DNA from: a bacterium
GTDB lineage: Bacteria; Bacillota; DTU030; JBMNJR01
Length of the DNA stretch: 64,000 nucleotides
NCBI GenBank assembly: GCA_050951765.1
Contig: JBMNJR010000015.1
Span: forward strand, 159,591-223,590
Reading direction: 5' to 3'
In this document: positions 47,899 through 58,237 of the stretch, in pieces
How the letters are laid out: every line of letters begins with the position of its first letter
How positions within the stretch are numbered: position 1 is the stretch's first letter
Program-made: the position numbers and the translations under genes
The notes under the pieces: generated by a model
The model's input: only the letters and a program-made list of their open reading frames with translations
What the model was told of the DNA's origin: nothing
The model's database searches: none

Positions 47899-48978
47899 TT
47901 GGTTGTCAACCCCGGTTCTACCTCAACAAAAATTGCTTTTTTTGTCGGGGAAGAATGCATATTTAGCCAGCATATTAATCACCCGCGGCAAGAGTTGCTG
48001 GGGTTTGGGCGGATTATTGAACAGTTGCCTTATCGATTGAATTATATTAAAAATGCCTTGAAGAAAGCAGGGATTTCACCGGCTAATTGTGCGGCGGTTG
48101 TAGGACGGGGCGGGCTATTGCACCCAATGGCAGGAGGTACTTATCAAGTAAATGAGGCTATGTTAGCAGATTTGGAAGCCGGGATTCAGGGAGAGCATCC
48201 GGCTAATCTAGGAGGCATAATTGCCCATAAAATCGGGGTTGAGTATGGGATTCCGGCTTTCATTGTGGATCCGGTGTCTGTAGATGAGATGGATGCTGTC
48301 TGTCGTATTTCGGGATTAAAGGAGATTACTCGCAGCAGCTTGGGTCATTACCTTAATGTGCGGCGGATAGCGAGGTTGGCTGCTGAAGATATGGGCAAAG
48401 ATTATGGGCTGTGCAATTTTGTTTTAGCGCATTTAGGCGGAGGTATTTCCATCTTTGCCATGTACAAGGGACGGTTAGTGGATGTTGATAGTGCTAACCA
48501 TGAAGGTCCGTTTTCGCCCAATCGAACCGGTGGCCTTTCCAGTACTGACCTGATTGAACTTTGTTATTCTGGTAAATACACTAAAAATGAACTGTTGACT
48601 AAAATTTTGCATCAAGGTGGCGTGTATTCCTATTTAGGTACCGCTGACATTAAAGAAGTAGAAGCTAAGATTGTGCAAGGTGACAAAGAAGCACTGATAG
48701 TATTGGAGGCTATGGCACTCCAAATTGCGAAGAATATTGCTGCCATGGCAACAGTATTAAAAGGTGTTGTGGATGCGGTAATACTCACCGGCGGAGTTGC
48801 TTATTCACAATTAGTAACAAATTATATTCGAGAGCGGGTAGAGTTTATCGCCCCGGTTCTGCTTTATCCGGGAGAGGAAGAGATGGCTGCCTTGGCAGAG
48901 GGAGCCTTGCGGGTAGTGAAAGGGGAAGAAGCGGCAAAGGTTTATATGGGGAAAGGGGGTCTCAATAATGAGGCTTAA
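47899..48978 (+). CDS. buk: butyrate kinase (start codon uncertain)
   Basis: ...ILVVNPGSTSTKIAFF acetate/butyrate kinase N-terminus, about 355 aa. The first in-frame canonical start (TTG 47899) truncates the conserved IL; an ATA at 47875 sits 8 nt after a GAGGGGG RBS, so there may be a non-canonical start or a base error. Confidence 0.8.
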   Translation: MVVNPGSTSTKIAFFVGEECIFSQHINHPRQELLGFGRIIEQLPYRLNYIKNALKKAGISPANCAAVVGRGGLLHPMAGGTYQVNEAMLADLEAGIQGEHPANLGGIIAHKIGVEYGIPAFIVDPVSVDEMDAVCRISGLKEITRSSLGHYLNVRRIARLAAEDMGKDYGLCNFVLAHLGGGISIFAMYKGRLVDVDSANHEGPFSPNRTGGLSSTDLIELCYSGKYTKNELLTKILHQGGVYSYLGTADIKEVEAKIVQGDKEALIVLEAMALQIAKNIAAMATVLKGVVDAVILTGGVAYSQLVTNYIRERVEFIAPVLLYPGEEEMAALAEGALRVVKGEEAAKVYMGKGGLNNEA

Positions 48979-49885
48979 GGACTTTAGCCAGATGCTGGAA
49001 CGGGCCCAAAAACACCCTTTAACCCGGGTTGCTGTGGCAGCGGCTGCTGATGAGGGGGTTTTGGAAGGGGTAAAGCTAGCTGTTGAAGCGAGGCTAATTG
49101 AACCGTTGTTAGTTGGTAATGAGACGGAAATCAAAAAGGCTGCTGCCGAAATAAGATTACCATTGGCTGCTTGTGAGTTAATATCTGCTCCTGACGCCAT
49201 TACCAGTGCAGCTACTGCAGTTAAGTTGGTCAGCAGTGGCGAAGCAGATGTGGTTATGAAGGGGATGGTAGGCACAGCATATTTATTAAAGGCTGTACTC
49301 AATGAGGAATACGGCCTTCGAACAGGCAGGTTATTAAGTCATGTGGCAGCTTTTGCTGTGCCAAACTTTAGCCGGCTCTTGTTTATGACCGATGGCGGGG
49401 TGAATATTGCTCCTGACATCGGGCAGAAACAGGTTATACTCCAAAATGCAATTGACGCTGTGCGGGCCTTAGGTTATACAAATCCTAAAGTGGCGGTTCT
49501 TGGTGCCGTTGAAACAGTCAACCCGCAGATGGATGCAACTATAGATGCAGCAATTTTAACAAAGATGGCTGCACGGGGTCAGATCAAGGGAGCTTTAGTT
49601 GATGGGCCGTTGGCTTTGGATAATGCCATAAGTTCTGATGCGGCGGAACAGAAGAGGATAAATAGTCCGGTTGCGGGAGATGCAGATTTACTTTTAGTAC
49701 CAAATATTGAGGCCGGTAATATTTTTGGCAAATCCCTTACCTTTCTGGCGGGAGGCATTATGGCCGGTATTGTTGTGGGAAGTAAAGCGCCGGTTATTTT
49801 ACCATCGCGGGCTGATACCGCTTATTCCAAGTTTTGCTCTTTAATCTTTGCCAGTTTAGTCTATCAGGGGAGGCAAGCCGGCTAA
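48968..49885 (+). CDS. ptb: phosphate butyryltransferase
   Basis: phosphate acetyl/butyryltransferase fold, about 305 aa; overlaps the buk stop by 11 nt. Confidence 0.85.
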   Translation: MRLKDFSQMLERAQKHPLTRVAVAAAADEGVLEGVKLAVEARLIEPLLVGNETEIKKAAAEIRLPLAACELISAPDAITSAATAVKLVSSGEADVVMKGMVGTAYLLKAVLNEEYGLRTGRLLSHVAAFAVPNFSRLLFMTDGGVNIAPDIGQKQVILQNAIDAVRALGYTNPKVAVLGAVETVNPQMDATIDAAILTKMAARGQIKGALVDGPLALDNAISSDAAEQKRINSPVAGDADLLLVPNIEAGNIFGKSLTFLAGGIMAGIVVGSKAPVILPSRADTAYSKFCSLIFASLVYQGRQAG

Positions 49886-50040
49886 TATTTATTCCCTTCT
49901 TTCTTCAATTGTTACCCAGAAAGTACCAGGAACATTGCCCTTTATTTTTCTGTCTAAACTAGTAGAATAGAAAGAGGAGGGATGATAAGGGTCTCCGGTA
50001 ACCACTAATACCAGATATTTTAAGAAAGAAGGGAACAATT

Positions 50041-50835
50041 TTGTTGAAAAGAACTCTTACCACGACCCTTTTGGTCTCGTTTTTAGTAATTTTATTAGGT
50101 GGACAAGCATTGGCAGCCTCTTATGGTGAAGTGATTTGGGATTCTAATAATAATGTTATCCGGTTGCAATTAGTGGATGAAAAACAGGCAGTGGCAATCG
50201 CGAAAGAACAGGTGGGAGCCCGTTCCTTGAAAGTGGAATCAGCTCGTTTGGTTATCTTCCGGTCTTCACTTGCTTGGGAAATCACCTTACATGAGGAAAG
50301 TCGCAGGGAAACTATAACCCATCAAGTTTGGGTGAATTTATTGAATGGTAAAGTGTTAGAGCATAGAGCAAAAGGAGTTGAAACACCGCGTCCGCCGGTT
50401 ACTAAACCTAAAGAAGTTGATCAAAAAGAAGCAATTAAAATTGCCCGCGGCGAAGTGGTGCAAGAAGTAGACATTAAGGCTGTTGCCCATATGAAGAATT
50501 CCCGTATTTGGGTGGTAAACATGCTCCCCAAAGGAATAGCTGATTCTACAGAACGAATCTATGTTATGATCAATCAAGATAATGGCGAGATTATTGAGCG
50601 CGGCTGGATTAAAGACGGCAAAAGCCATGTTGCCAGAGTGGGTAAGGAACGTGCATTAAGAATTGCGGAGCGGCAGATCAATTATAAATATACTGATGCC
50701 AGTGTTGGCTTAACGCTGAAACGCAATACTCTGGCTTGGGAAATCCGCCTGCATAAGGAAGGAAATCGCAATCCTGCCAGCTTTTTGCTTGACGCTTTTA
50801 CAGGCGAGATAATCGCTCAGAAAAACGTTAAGTAG
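50041..50835 (+). CDS. secreted protein with two PepSY domains
   Basis: signal peptide; two repeats of the ...LAWEI.LH... PepSY-type module. Confidence 0.6.
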   Translation: MLKRTLTTTLLVSFLVILLGGQALAASYGEVIWDSNNNVIRLQLVDEKQAVAIAKEQVGARSLKVESARLVIFRSSLAWEITLHEESRRETITHQVWVNLLNGKVLEHRAKGVETPRPPVTKPKEVDQKEAIKIARGEVVQEVDIKAVAHMKNSRIWVVNMLPKGIADSTERIYVMINQDNGEIIERGWIKDGKSHVARVGKERALRIAERQINYKYTDASVGLTLKRNTLAWEIRLHKEGNRNPASFLLDAFTGEIIAQKNVK

Positions 50836-50948
50836 AACTTGAATAATGCGAAGGTCTACACAGAATTCGTAGACCTTCTTTTTTATTGGTGAAGCTTGGG
50901 AAGGGTTTCTTGTTGCCATGGGGAATATTACCATGAGAGGTGAAGTAT

Positions 50949-52148
50949 ATGGATAGAAAGTATTCCCTGCCAATTATGCTCCTACTTGCCATATTATCCT
51001 TTGCAGGTTTGATCTATTTTGAGGCTAAACCGGCTGCACCGGTGGTAGCAGATTTAGAACCGGTAGGACAAGAACCTGAACCGGACTTAATTACAGAAGT
51101 GACCCTAGCTGCTGTGGGCGATATTATGGCCCATATGCCGCAAGTAAATGCAGCATATAATCAAGAATTAGGTGTTTATGATTTCTCTCCGTGCTTTGCC
51201 CCTGTGCGGCCGTTGCTTGAAGAAGCGGATATAGCTGTTGCCAACTTGGAAACTACGCTAACAGGGTCAGACCGTAATTTTTCCGGTTATCCCCGTTTTA
51301 ACAGCCCTGCTGAATTGGCTCAGGCACTTAAATGGACAGGATTTGATTTGATATGTACTGCTAATAACCATTCATTAGATAGAGGGGAAGAGGGAGTTTT
51401 ACGTACTCTTGCCAACTTGAATGTCGAGGGGTTGGCGGCTGTTGGTACATACTCTAACTGGGAGGAAAGGAAGGAAATACTTATTATGGAGGAGGGCGGA
51501 CAAAGGCTGGCTTTTTTAGCCTACACTTATGGTACCAATGGTCTCTTACCTCCTGCCGGAAAGGAATATCTGGTCAAGTTAATTGACGAGCAAGAAATGG
51601 GGGAAGATATTGCGCATGCCCGGGCAGAAGGTGTTGATTGGATCATAGTATTCTTGCACTTTGGTAATGAGTACCAACGTACTCCTTCCCCTGAACAGGA
51701 GGAATTGGTGGATTATCTTATTACTTTAGGGGTAGATGTAATTTTAGGGAGCCATCCCCACGTTTTACAGCCCGTTATAGTTACCTCCGGGTCGGAAACT
51801 GATCAGGTGGTAGCATACTCATTGGGAAATTTTGTTTCTAATCAACGGGATCGTTATCGCGATAGTGGAATGATTTTATATATGACACTGGAGAAAAATC
51901 TTACTCGAGATATTAAGACTGTTAGCAAGGTAGAATATGTGCCTACCTGGGTGCACAGATATCAAAGGGAAGGCAGGCTGCAATATCAGATTCTGCCGGT
52001 GGAATCTGCCCTTAGGGATTATGAACAAGGAAATGCAAGTTATTTGACCAGTGGCGATTATCAAAGGTTACAAGAGGTTTGGGAAGAAACTACCCAATGG
52101 GTAGCACCCCCGGAAGGTAAGATAAATTTGCGAAATCTAACAACTTAG
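50949..52148 (+). CDS. CapA/PgsA-family protein (poly-gamma-glutamate capsule synthesis; metallophosphoesterase fold)
   Basis: N-terminal TM helix; AAVGDIMAH...ANLETTLTGS...CTANNHSLDRG motifs of PGA_cap. Confidence 0.8.
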   Translation: MDRKYSLPIMLLLAILSFAGLIYFEAKPAAPVVADLEPVGQEPEPDLITEVTLAAVGDIMAHMPQVNAAYNQELGVYDFSPCFAPVRPLLEEADIAVANLETTLTGSDRNFSGYPRFNSPAELAQALKWTGFDLICTANNHSLDRGEEGVLRTLANLNVEGLAAVGTYSNWEERKEILIMEEGGQRLAFLAYTYGTNGLLPPAGKEYLVKLIDEQEMGEDIAHARAEGVDWIIVFLHFGNEYQRTPSPEQEELVDYLITLGVDVILGSHPHVLQPVIVTSGSETDQVVAYSLGNFVSNQRDRYRDSGMILYMTLEKNLTRDIKTVSKVEYVPTWVHRYQREGRLQYQILPVESALRDYEQGNASYLTSGDYQRLQEVWEETTQWVAPPEGKINLRNLTT

Positions 52149-52620
52149 TTGGATAGCGTAGCATTTACTTATTTTTTATCGGGCGTAACCTTGTAATTTA
52201 AAAAGCACGAAGGAGATATTTTTTCCCCGTGCTTTAAGTAACTTGTTTTTATTTATCATTTTTCGCTTCTTGCTGGTTATATTTTTTCCCCATGAATTTA
52301 ACTTGTTCATTGATCAATTCATCGGCGCTGATAGTGGGCAGCATGCCATTGGACATAATGTTATCAGAAGCAAATTGTTTTTCTTTATCCTTGTTATTGC
52401 GGTTATTTTTGGGGGGCAATTTACATCTCTCCTGTAAGCATTATTGGCTGGAACTATTATTAGTATTTCATTATTGATGCACCTTTACCCCTGTAATCTG
52501 TCTTTTCTAACCATGCATATCTTTTACTGAATCCTTATATTCTACCGAACTTGACAAAAAGGTGGCAATTAAAGTATACTTAAAGAGTTGATAATGGTTC
52601 TCAGTGAGGGGAGTATACAG

Positions 52621-53373
52621 ATGCAACAGATATTGGCAATTACTTTTTATGGTATACTTGCGGGGGTTGTGGGAACCGGTTTAGGCGGGCTTTTTACTGT
52701 TATGCTAGGCAAACCAAAGGATAGTGTTTTAAGTAGTGTCCTCGCTTTTTCCGGCGGCATAATGTTGGCTGTTATTTTTGTTGATTTACTACCGGAAGCC
52801 CTTGCATTTGGCAGTATATTTTTTGTGTTATGCGGCCTAATTATAGGTGTAATTATGTTAGCACTACTTGATATGTATTTTCCCCATTCCCATTTTTCCC
52901 ACTTCTTTAATGAGGCAGGGGAGAGAACAAGCCACTTTATCCGGACAAGCATTTTATTATGTATCGGAATTGCTATGCATAACCTCCCTGAGGGTTTAGC
53001 CATTGGTGCAGGTTATATAGCGTCGGAAAATATTGGTATTGGTTTAGCGCTTATTATTGGTCTGCACAATATCCCTGAGGGAGCTGCCATAGCAGGCCCC
53101 ATGAAGGCAGGACAGGTGAATAGTTCTAAAATACTGCTTTGGACATGCTTAGCAGGTTTACCGATGGGGGTTGGCACATTATTAGGCGCAATTATAGGGG
53201 GAGTATCTAATTTGGTATTAGCTTTGGCTTTAGGAGTTGCCGCAGGGGCAATGTTATATGTAATTTTCGATGAACTATTACCTGATGCTCACCGCCTGGC
53301 TGATGGCCATTCAGCAACTTTTGGGGCAGTGGTGGGCGTGATTCTCGGTTTATTATTTTTGCTTAATATGTAA
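52621..53373 (+). CDS. ZIP-family divalent metal transporter (ZupT-like)
   Basis: 8 TM helices with HNLPEGLAIG and HNIPEGAAIAG signature motifs; GAGGGGAG RBS. Confidence 0.85.
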   Translation: MQQILAITFYGILAGVVGTGLGGLFTVMLGKPKDSVLSSVLAFSGGIMLAVIFVDLLPEALAFGSIFFVLCGLIIGVIMLALLDMYFPHSHFSHFFNEAGERTSHFIRTSILLCIGIAMHNLPEGLAIGAGYIASENIGIGLALIIGLHNIPEGAAIAGPMKAGQVNSSKILLWTCLAGLPMGVGTLLGAIIGGVSNLVLALALGVAAGAMLYVIFDELLPDAHRLADGHSATFGAVVGVILGLLFLLNM

Positions 53374-53428
53374 TCGGGTAGTACAGCGAGGATACCGGAA
53401 TGTTGTAGAATCGGCAAAATAGTGAAGG

Positions 53429-53947
53429 CTATTCACTAGTGTTAGACTCTGATTGTACCCGATGGGCTATTCTTGCTGCGGTAGCTGCTGCCAGAGCGGC
53501 AATTAAATCATCGATAAATGTATTGACAGTAGTCCCTTTGTCCTTGTTCAGTTTACCAATCACTCCTGGTTTTAACTTGTCTAGATAGCCAAAATTGGTA
53601 AAACCTATAGATCCGTAAACATTGACAATACTTAGAGACAGTATTTCATCAATCCCATAGAGAGCATCATCATTGCGGATGATACTATTAAGTGGCTCCG
53701 GAACAACCCCTTTTTCGGTAAGAGTGTCGAGAGTTAATCCGGTTAGGATTGCATTTTGCACTTCTCGCTTTTCCAGTACACAGTTAACGTTCTCGATACA
53801 TTCTGTTAAGGTTAGGTCAGGTAGATAAGGCTTTTGTAATATTAAAACCAATGAGGCAATTTCTTCTACACTTACACCTCTTTGTTGCAAAAAGGAAATA
53901 CATACAGAACGATTGCAACCCAGTTGTTTTTTTTGTAAAGGTTTCAT
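53429..53947 (-). CDS. pgpA: phosphatidylglycerophosphatase A
   Basis: about 170 aa PgpA fold (GIDEILSLSI...DDLIAALAAATAARIA). Confidence 0.75.
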   Translation of the reverse strand: MKPLQKKQLGCNRSVCISFLQQRGVSVEEIASLVLILQKPYLPDLTLTECIENVNCVLEKREVQNAILTGLTLDTLTEKGVVPEPLNSIIRNDDALYGIDEILSLSIVNVYGSIGFTNFGYLDKLKPGVIGKLNKDKGTTVNTFIDDLIAALAAATAARIAHRVQSESNTSE

Positions 53948-54180
53948 AAAAAAATCACTCCAATCTGAAACAATCTAAGATACAAGTTACAACTATATTT
54001 ATTATACAATAAATAAATTCCATCGGGTATGGAAAGCATTTACTATTTTGTTCCCTATTCCCAATTTTTTAAACTTATTGAACTCACAACCGATTGTTTT
54101 TCCGATAAATAAGGAGGAATTTTCTTATTGGCTGCGAATATATATGTTTGAGTTTGAGAATCTATAGGGAGGTGACTAGG

Positions 54181-54348
54181 GTGGCTTATAGTATTTCTGA
54201 TGAGTGTATTGCTTGTGGAGCTTGCCAAGCAGACTGCCCGGTGGAAGCTATTAGTGAGGGAGATATTTATCTAATTGATGCTGATGTTTGTATTGACTGT
54301 GGTGCTTGTGCGGATGTATGTCCGGTGGGCGCTCCGCAACCGGCCTAA
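54181..54348 (+). CDS. 2[4Fe-4S] ferredoxin (55 aa)
   Basis: AYSISDECIACGACQADCP and CIDCGACADVCP; GTG with AGGGAGG RBS. Confidence 0.8.
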   Translation: MAYSISDECIACGACQADCPVEAISEGDIYLIDADVCIDCGACADVCPVGAPQPA

Positions 54349-54430
54349 ATTATTATGTAGCTAATGCGGCAAAGAAGCTGTTTTATCACAGCTTCTTTTT
54401 CGTAGTGCAATGGAGTAAGGGTGTGAGCAA

Positions 54431-54769
54431 GTGTTTGAGTTGCTGGAAGATTTAAAGCCGGAATTTTCCAGAATGCAGCGGCGAGTAGTGGATTTGGCGG
54501 AGATTACTCTTCTTTCTGTACAGCTTTCTGTTGGTCAAGGGGTAGTGGTAACAAATCGTAATATTTACTTTTTACATAAAAAGTTGTTTGGAGTACGGGT
54601 TAATTGTGTTGCTCTGGAACAGGTCCATCTAATACAAGTGGCAGGAAAAACATTAGTATTAGAAGGCGAAACCGGAAAATTGGGGAAGTTAGACTTTTCG
54701 CAACGAAAAGAACTGCTTGTCCCAGTATACAAAAAGCTCAAGCAGGTTCTTCCTTCCTTATCGAAATGA
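54431..54769 (+). CDS. hypothetical protein (possible bacterial PH-like domain)
   Basis: ORF with the GTG start; no family recognised. Confidence 0.35.
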   Translation: MFELLEDLKPEFSRMQRRVVDLAEITLLSVQLSVGQGVVVTNRNIYFLHKKLFGVRVNCVALEQVHLIQVAGKTLVLEGETGKLGKLDFSQRKELLVPVYKKLKQVLPSLSK

Positions 54770-54909
54770 AACGTATAGTTGAGGGATAGTGATAATCACT
54801 ATTCCTTTTTCTTTTAGGAAATATTTACTATTTTGTAATACTTGGTTATGATCATTGTTATTATTTTCGGGTACAATGAGAAAGGAAGGGATACCGGAGG
54901 TGAAGTAAG

Positions 54910-56529
54910 ATGGGCAGGCCAAGAATCTTATTCTTTCTGTTATTATTTTCACTTGTTTTTGTCGCCTGTGATAAAATTGAACAAGGGTCATTGGACGTAA
55001 TTAATCCCGAAATTAATGAAGAAGAAAATCGTGCCGTTGAGGAAGAAATAGAAGCGATTGAGCTGCAGGTGCCTAATGAAGTAAAAGAGGCTCATGAAGA
55101 GAGTATTGACATTGAGCAACCTGTTTCTCAAGTTAATGAACCTATAGTAGATGATCAGGGAGAAAATTTAGTACAAGTGCTTAAAAGTGATAGGATCTTA
55201 TCTGCCGGCCCTTTTTATGGAGTTTTACCGCAAATTTATTGGTCACCCTTAGGTACGCATCTGGCGATCAAAGGTGCTGCTGCAGGTCAAGGGGTATGGG
55301 TGTTAGATCTAAAAAAAGAGCAGATTCATCAGGCCATAAGACTTCCCCAAAGGATAGATTCAAACTGTACCAATTTACAAATTTTGGGATGGAGTGCTGA
55401 TGGGGAAAAATTATATTTTATTATTGAAGGCTTGCAGGTGACAGAACCATATTTAGGGAAAACTGGACTTTTTCTAGGAGAAGTGGTGCTGGCAGATGGA
55501 AGTGCTACGGTAGCAGAAGTGCTTTGGGTGCAGGACGGTTATTCCGGAATCAGCCAGTTTAAGTTGGTAAAAGATAATAATTTTTTGCTCTGTCACCGGG
55601 CGGGTGAATTATGGAGAATTAATATACAGACAGCGGCAAAGGAATTGTTAGCAGCAAATCTTCCGCAATGGGATGGTTTATTTCAGGTAACATTTTCCCC
55701 TACAGGCAAATATATTGCCTATCAGTTAGAGAGGAATGGAAAGAATGGAATAGCCATTCTAAATACCGAAAATGGTCATGAAGCGGTATTACTGGAAAAT
55801 GATGATTACCATTTTTTCCCTGTATGGAATCCGGCAGAGGACAAGATTGCTTTTTTGACAGGAGTTGCTCTGCAGGGAGAAGGTTATGATTATTATCAGG
55901 GGGAAGATGGTGCTTTGCCCCCTGCTACTAAAATACAGGTATATAATGTGGAAGGTGAACAGATAGTTACTTACCAACTTGAGGAGGGAAAAGTTGGGGC
56001 TCCTTATTGGTCAAATAATAGTGAATATTTAGCTTTTCTTTCCGCCCGCTGGGAGAATGAGTCTAATTTTTGGGAGCCGGATTTTATTTGGGATGGTATT
56101 TATGAAGTTGGTTTAGCTGGCGGAGAACCGCAAAAAATATTGGAGCTGGAAGGTGAGTGGTTTTCTGTTGGCGGGTGGTCACCGGATAATGAAAGAATTT
56201 CTATTTTTAGATACGATGCCGATGGCAGCTCATCGCTTTTAGTATTGAATAGGCATAGCAGTAGACTGGAGTTGACTGTTCGAGAAGCTATGGACGAACC
56301 ATTGCAATGGTATAAATCAGGACTCTTAGTGGGAAAGGTTTTGGAAGGAACAAATGGGTTGTATACAGAGGTTTTTTATATTGATCAAGGAGGTCGGGAA
56401 AGATCTTTGACAAACAATGGGGGCTGGAAAAATAGTTTTCTCCTTTGGGCTGATCGATTGGCTTATGTGCGGGGTGATACTATCCATTCTTCTTATCCTC
56501 TTTATGTGGAGATTCTTGTCTTACCATAA
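54910..56529 (+). CDS. lipoprotein with WD40-like/TolB-type beta-propeller repeats
   Basis: lipobox FVACDK; acidic linker; repeated ...YSP.G..IAF... blades. Confidence 0.6.
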   Translation: MGRPRILFFLLLFSLVFVACDKIEQGSLDVINPEINEEENRAVEEEIEAIELQVPNEVKEAHEESIDIEQPVSQVNEPIVDDQGENLVQVLKSDRILSAGPFYGVLPQIYWSPLGTHLAIKGAAAGQGVWVLDLKKEQIHQAIRLPQRIDSNCTNLQILGWSADGEKLYFIIEGLQVTEPYLGKTGLFLGEVVLADGSATVAEVLWVQDGYSGISQFKLVKDNNFLLCHRAGELWRINIQTAAKELLAANLPQWDGLFQVTFSPTGKYIAYQLERNGKNGIAILNTENGHEAVLLENDDYHFFPVWNPAEDKIAFLTGVALQGEGYDYYQGEDGALPPATKIQVYNVEGEQIVTYQLEEGKVGAPYWSNNSEYLAFLSARWENESNFWEPDFIWDGIYEVGLAGGEPQKILELEGEWFSVGGWSPDNERISIFRYDADGSSSLLVLNRHSSRLELTVREAMDEPLQWYKSGLLVGKVLEGTNGLYTEVFYIDQGGRERSLTNNGGWKNSFLLWADRLAYVRGDTIHSSYPLYVEILVLP

Positions 56530-56682
56530 TGAGTATTATTATGAATAAAAAAACCTCCGCAATTTTTAGAAATATCATAGGAATAATGGTTGCTTATTCA
56601 GGAGAAGTAATGTATAATGATTTAAGTTATTTTTTTGCAATTTAATAAAATATACAATGTTCGAGAAAAGGGAGGGTAATTG

Positions 56683-56865
56683 ATGGAAATAATACGGCAA
56701 ATTAATGGTAAAGAATATACTATTACTGTTGAATTTGAACATCGCAACGTCCCTTCCAAACGATGGGTTGCTTATTGCAAACAAGTAGACTTGGAAGAGG
56801 AAGTTGGCGCAAATCCAAATGAAGCCGTACGCAAGTTGGAGATAAGAATTATTAAGGCAAGTTAA
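56683..56865 (+). CDS. hypothetical small protein (60 aa)
   Basis: ATG with GGGAGGG RBS; followed by a perfect terminator. Confidence 0.4.
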   Translation: MEIIRQINGKEYTITVEFEHRNVPSKRWVAYCKQVDLEEEVGANPNEAVRKLEIRIIKAS

Positions 56866-56872
56866 GTAACTA

Positions 56873-56912
56873 AAGAACCGTCTTCCTGCTGAGCGAAGAC
56901 GGTTCTTTAGTT
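56873..56912 (+). terminator. rho-independent terminator
   Basis: AAAGAACCGTCTTC-ctgctgagc-GAAGACGGTTCTTT 14-bp stem followed by a T-rich tail. Confidence 0.7.
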
Positions 56913-57008
56913 TGAGATCAAAATTTTATGTCTGGCAGGTGTTTCGCGGTAGAAGCGGAATTTTAGAAAAGGTTTTATTCCGTGCTTGGGAAAGGGGAAG
57001 GAAATGAT

Positions 57009-57899
57009 ATGGAAACGGAGCAAAGAACAGGAACAGTACATTATTTACTATTAACTACAGCAGTGATTGGTATCTCTTTTTCCGCCATCCTTATTCGTTT
57101 AACAACTGCTCCGCCGGTGATTGTTGCAGTTTATCGACTGCTGTTTTCCTTGATTTTCATTTTGCCTATATTAATCAGCAAAAAGGAATGGCGTTCTAAT
57201 CACCTCCGTGCACAACATATATTTTGGGCTATTTTAAGTGGGTTATGTTTAGCCTTGCATTTTTTTACCTGGATCACATCATTGCAGTTGACTTCAGTGG
57301 TCAGTTCTGTGGTTTTAGTTACTATGCAGCCGATTTTTACCTTATTGGCGGGACATTTCTTCTTAGGAGAAAAGGTTACAACCAAAGAATTGATCGGCGT
57401 AGGTATAGCTCTTAGTGGAGCTCTAATTCTAACTGGATCTGATGCCATAATCATAAGCGGCAAAACACTATCAGGGAATGGTTTGGCTTTTTTAAGTTCT
57501 ATTTTTTACGCAGGCTATTTGTTGCTAGGTCGTTGGTTGCGGCGGCATATAAATCTATGGATCTATGTATCTTTAGTATACGGAGTAGCTACATCGTTGT
57601 TAGTAGTCACAGGGCTAATGCTAAAAATCCCTCTTTATCCTTATCCTTGTTCCGATTATTTATTGCTTTTCCTGTTGGCTGCCGTTTCTACTCTGGGTGG
57701 GCATACAGTCTTTAATTGGTTGTTAGGTTATCTGCCGGTAGGGATAATATCAGTGAGTATTTTGGGAGAACCGGTGGGAGCAACTATATTAGCCTTTTTA
57801 ATTTTGCAGGAGATACCAATATACGGACAAATACTTGGGGGGATTTTAGTTTTAATCGGTATCGGATGGTTTTTAATGGGAAAAAGAGGAAATGGTTAG
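57009..57899 (+). CDS. DMT-superfamily transporter (tandem EamA domains)
   Basis: 10-TM protein with two EamA repeats; AAAGGGGAAGG RBS. Confidence 0.75.
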   Translation: METEQRTGTVHYLLLTTAVIGISFSAILIRLTTAPPVIVAVYRLLFSLIFILPILISKKEWRSNHLRAQHIFWAILSGLCLALHFFTWITSLQLTSVVSSVVLVTMQPIFTLLAGHFFLGEKVTTKELIGVGIALSGALILTGSDAIIISGKTLSGNGLAFLSSIFYAGYLLLGRWLRRHINLWIYVSLVYGVATSLLVVTGLMLKIPLYPYPCSDYLLLFLLAAVSTLGGHTVFNWLLGYLPVGIISVSILGEPVGATILAFLILQEIPIYGQILGGILVLIGIGWFLMGKRGNG

Positions 57900-58044
57900 A
57901 AATTTGGTAAAATATGATTTATATGTAAATAAATGTAAGACAATAAGCGCGGAAAATATAGAAATTTTTGCATAAATTGACTTGATTTGGTAATAGTTTT
58001 TTGGTATTATATAAAGGCATCGACAGATAAAGGAGGACGCTGTA

Positions 58045-58200
58045 ATGAATTATCGTAAGGAATTAGCAGGAGCGATTGAAGAGCTGCGCTCGAAGTTATA
58101 TCATGCTGTTTCTGATAATCCAAAAAATGTAAAAAATTCTGATGTGCAAGAATTAAGCAGTGCTCTCGATAAACTTATTGTACAATGGGTTAAAAATTAA
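58045..58200 (+). CDS. Spo0E-family sporulation regulatory phosphatase (51 aa)
   Basis: AAGGAGG RBS 7 nt upstream; MNYRKELAGAIEELRSKLYHAVS...VQELSSALDKLIV matches the Spo0E-like helical hairpin with the SQELDxLI-type motif. Below the ORF-track size cutoff. Confidence 0.55.
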   Translation: MNYRKELAGAIEELRSKLYHAVSDNPKNVKNSDVQELSSALDKLIVQWVKN

Positions 58201-58237
58201 TACAATTCCAGGTTATATTTTAACAGTAAACGGCAAA

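Noticed and set aside
52249-52356. Minus-strand 35-aa ORF (MSNGMLPTISADELINEQVKFMGKKYNQQEAKNDK) between capA and the ZIP transporter, reminiscent of minor SASPs
   Set aside because: No Shine-Dalgarno sequence upstream and no recognisable family signature; too weak to call.
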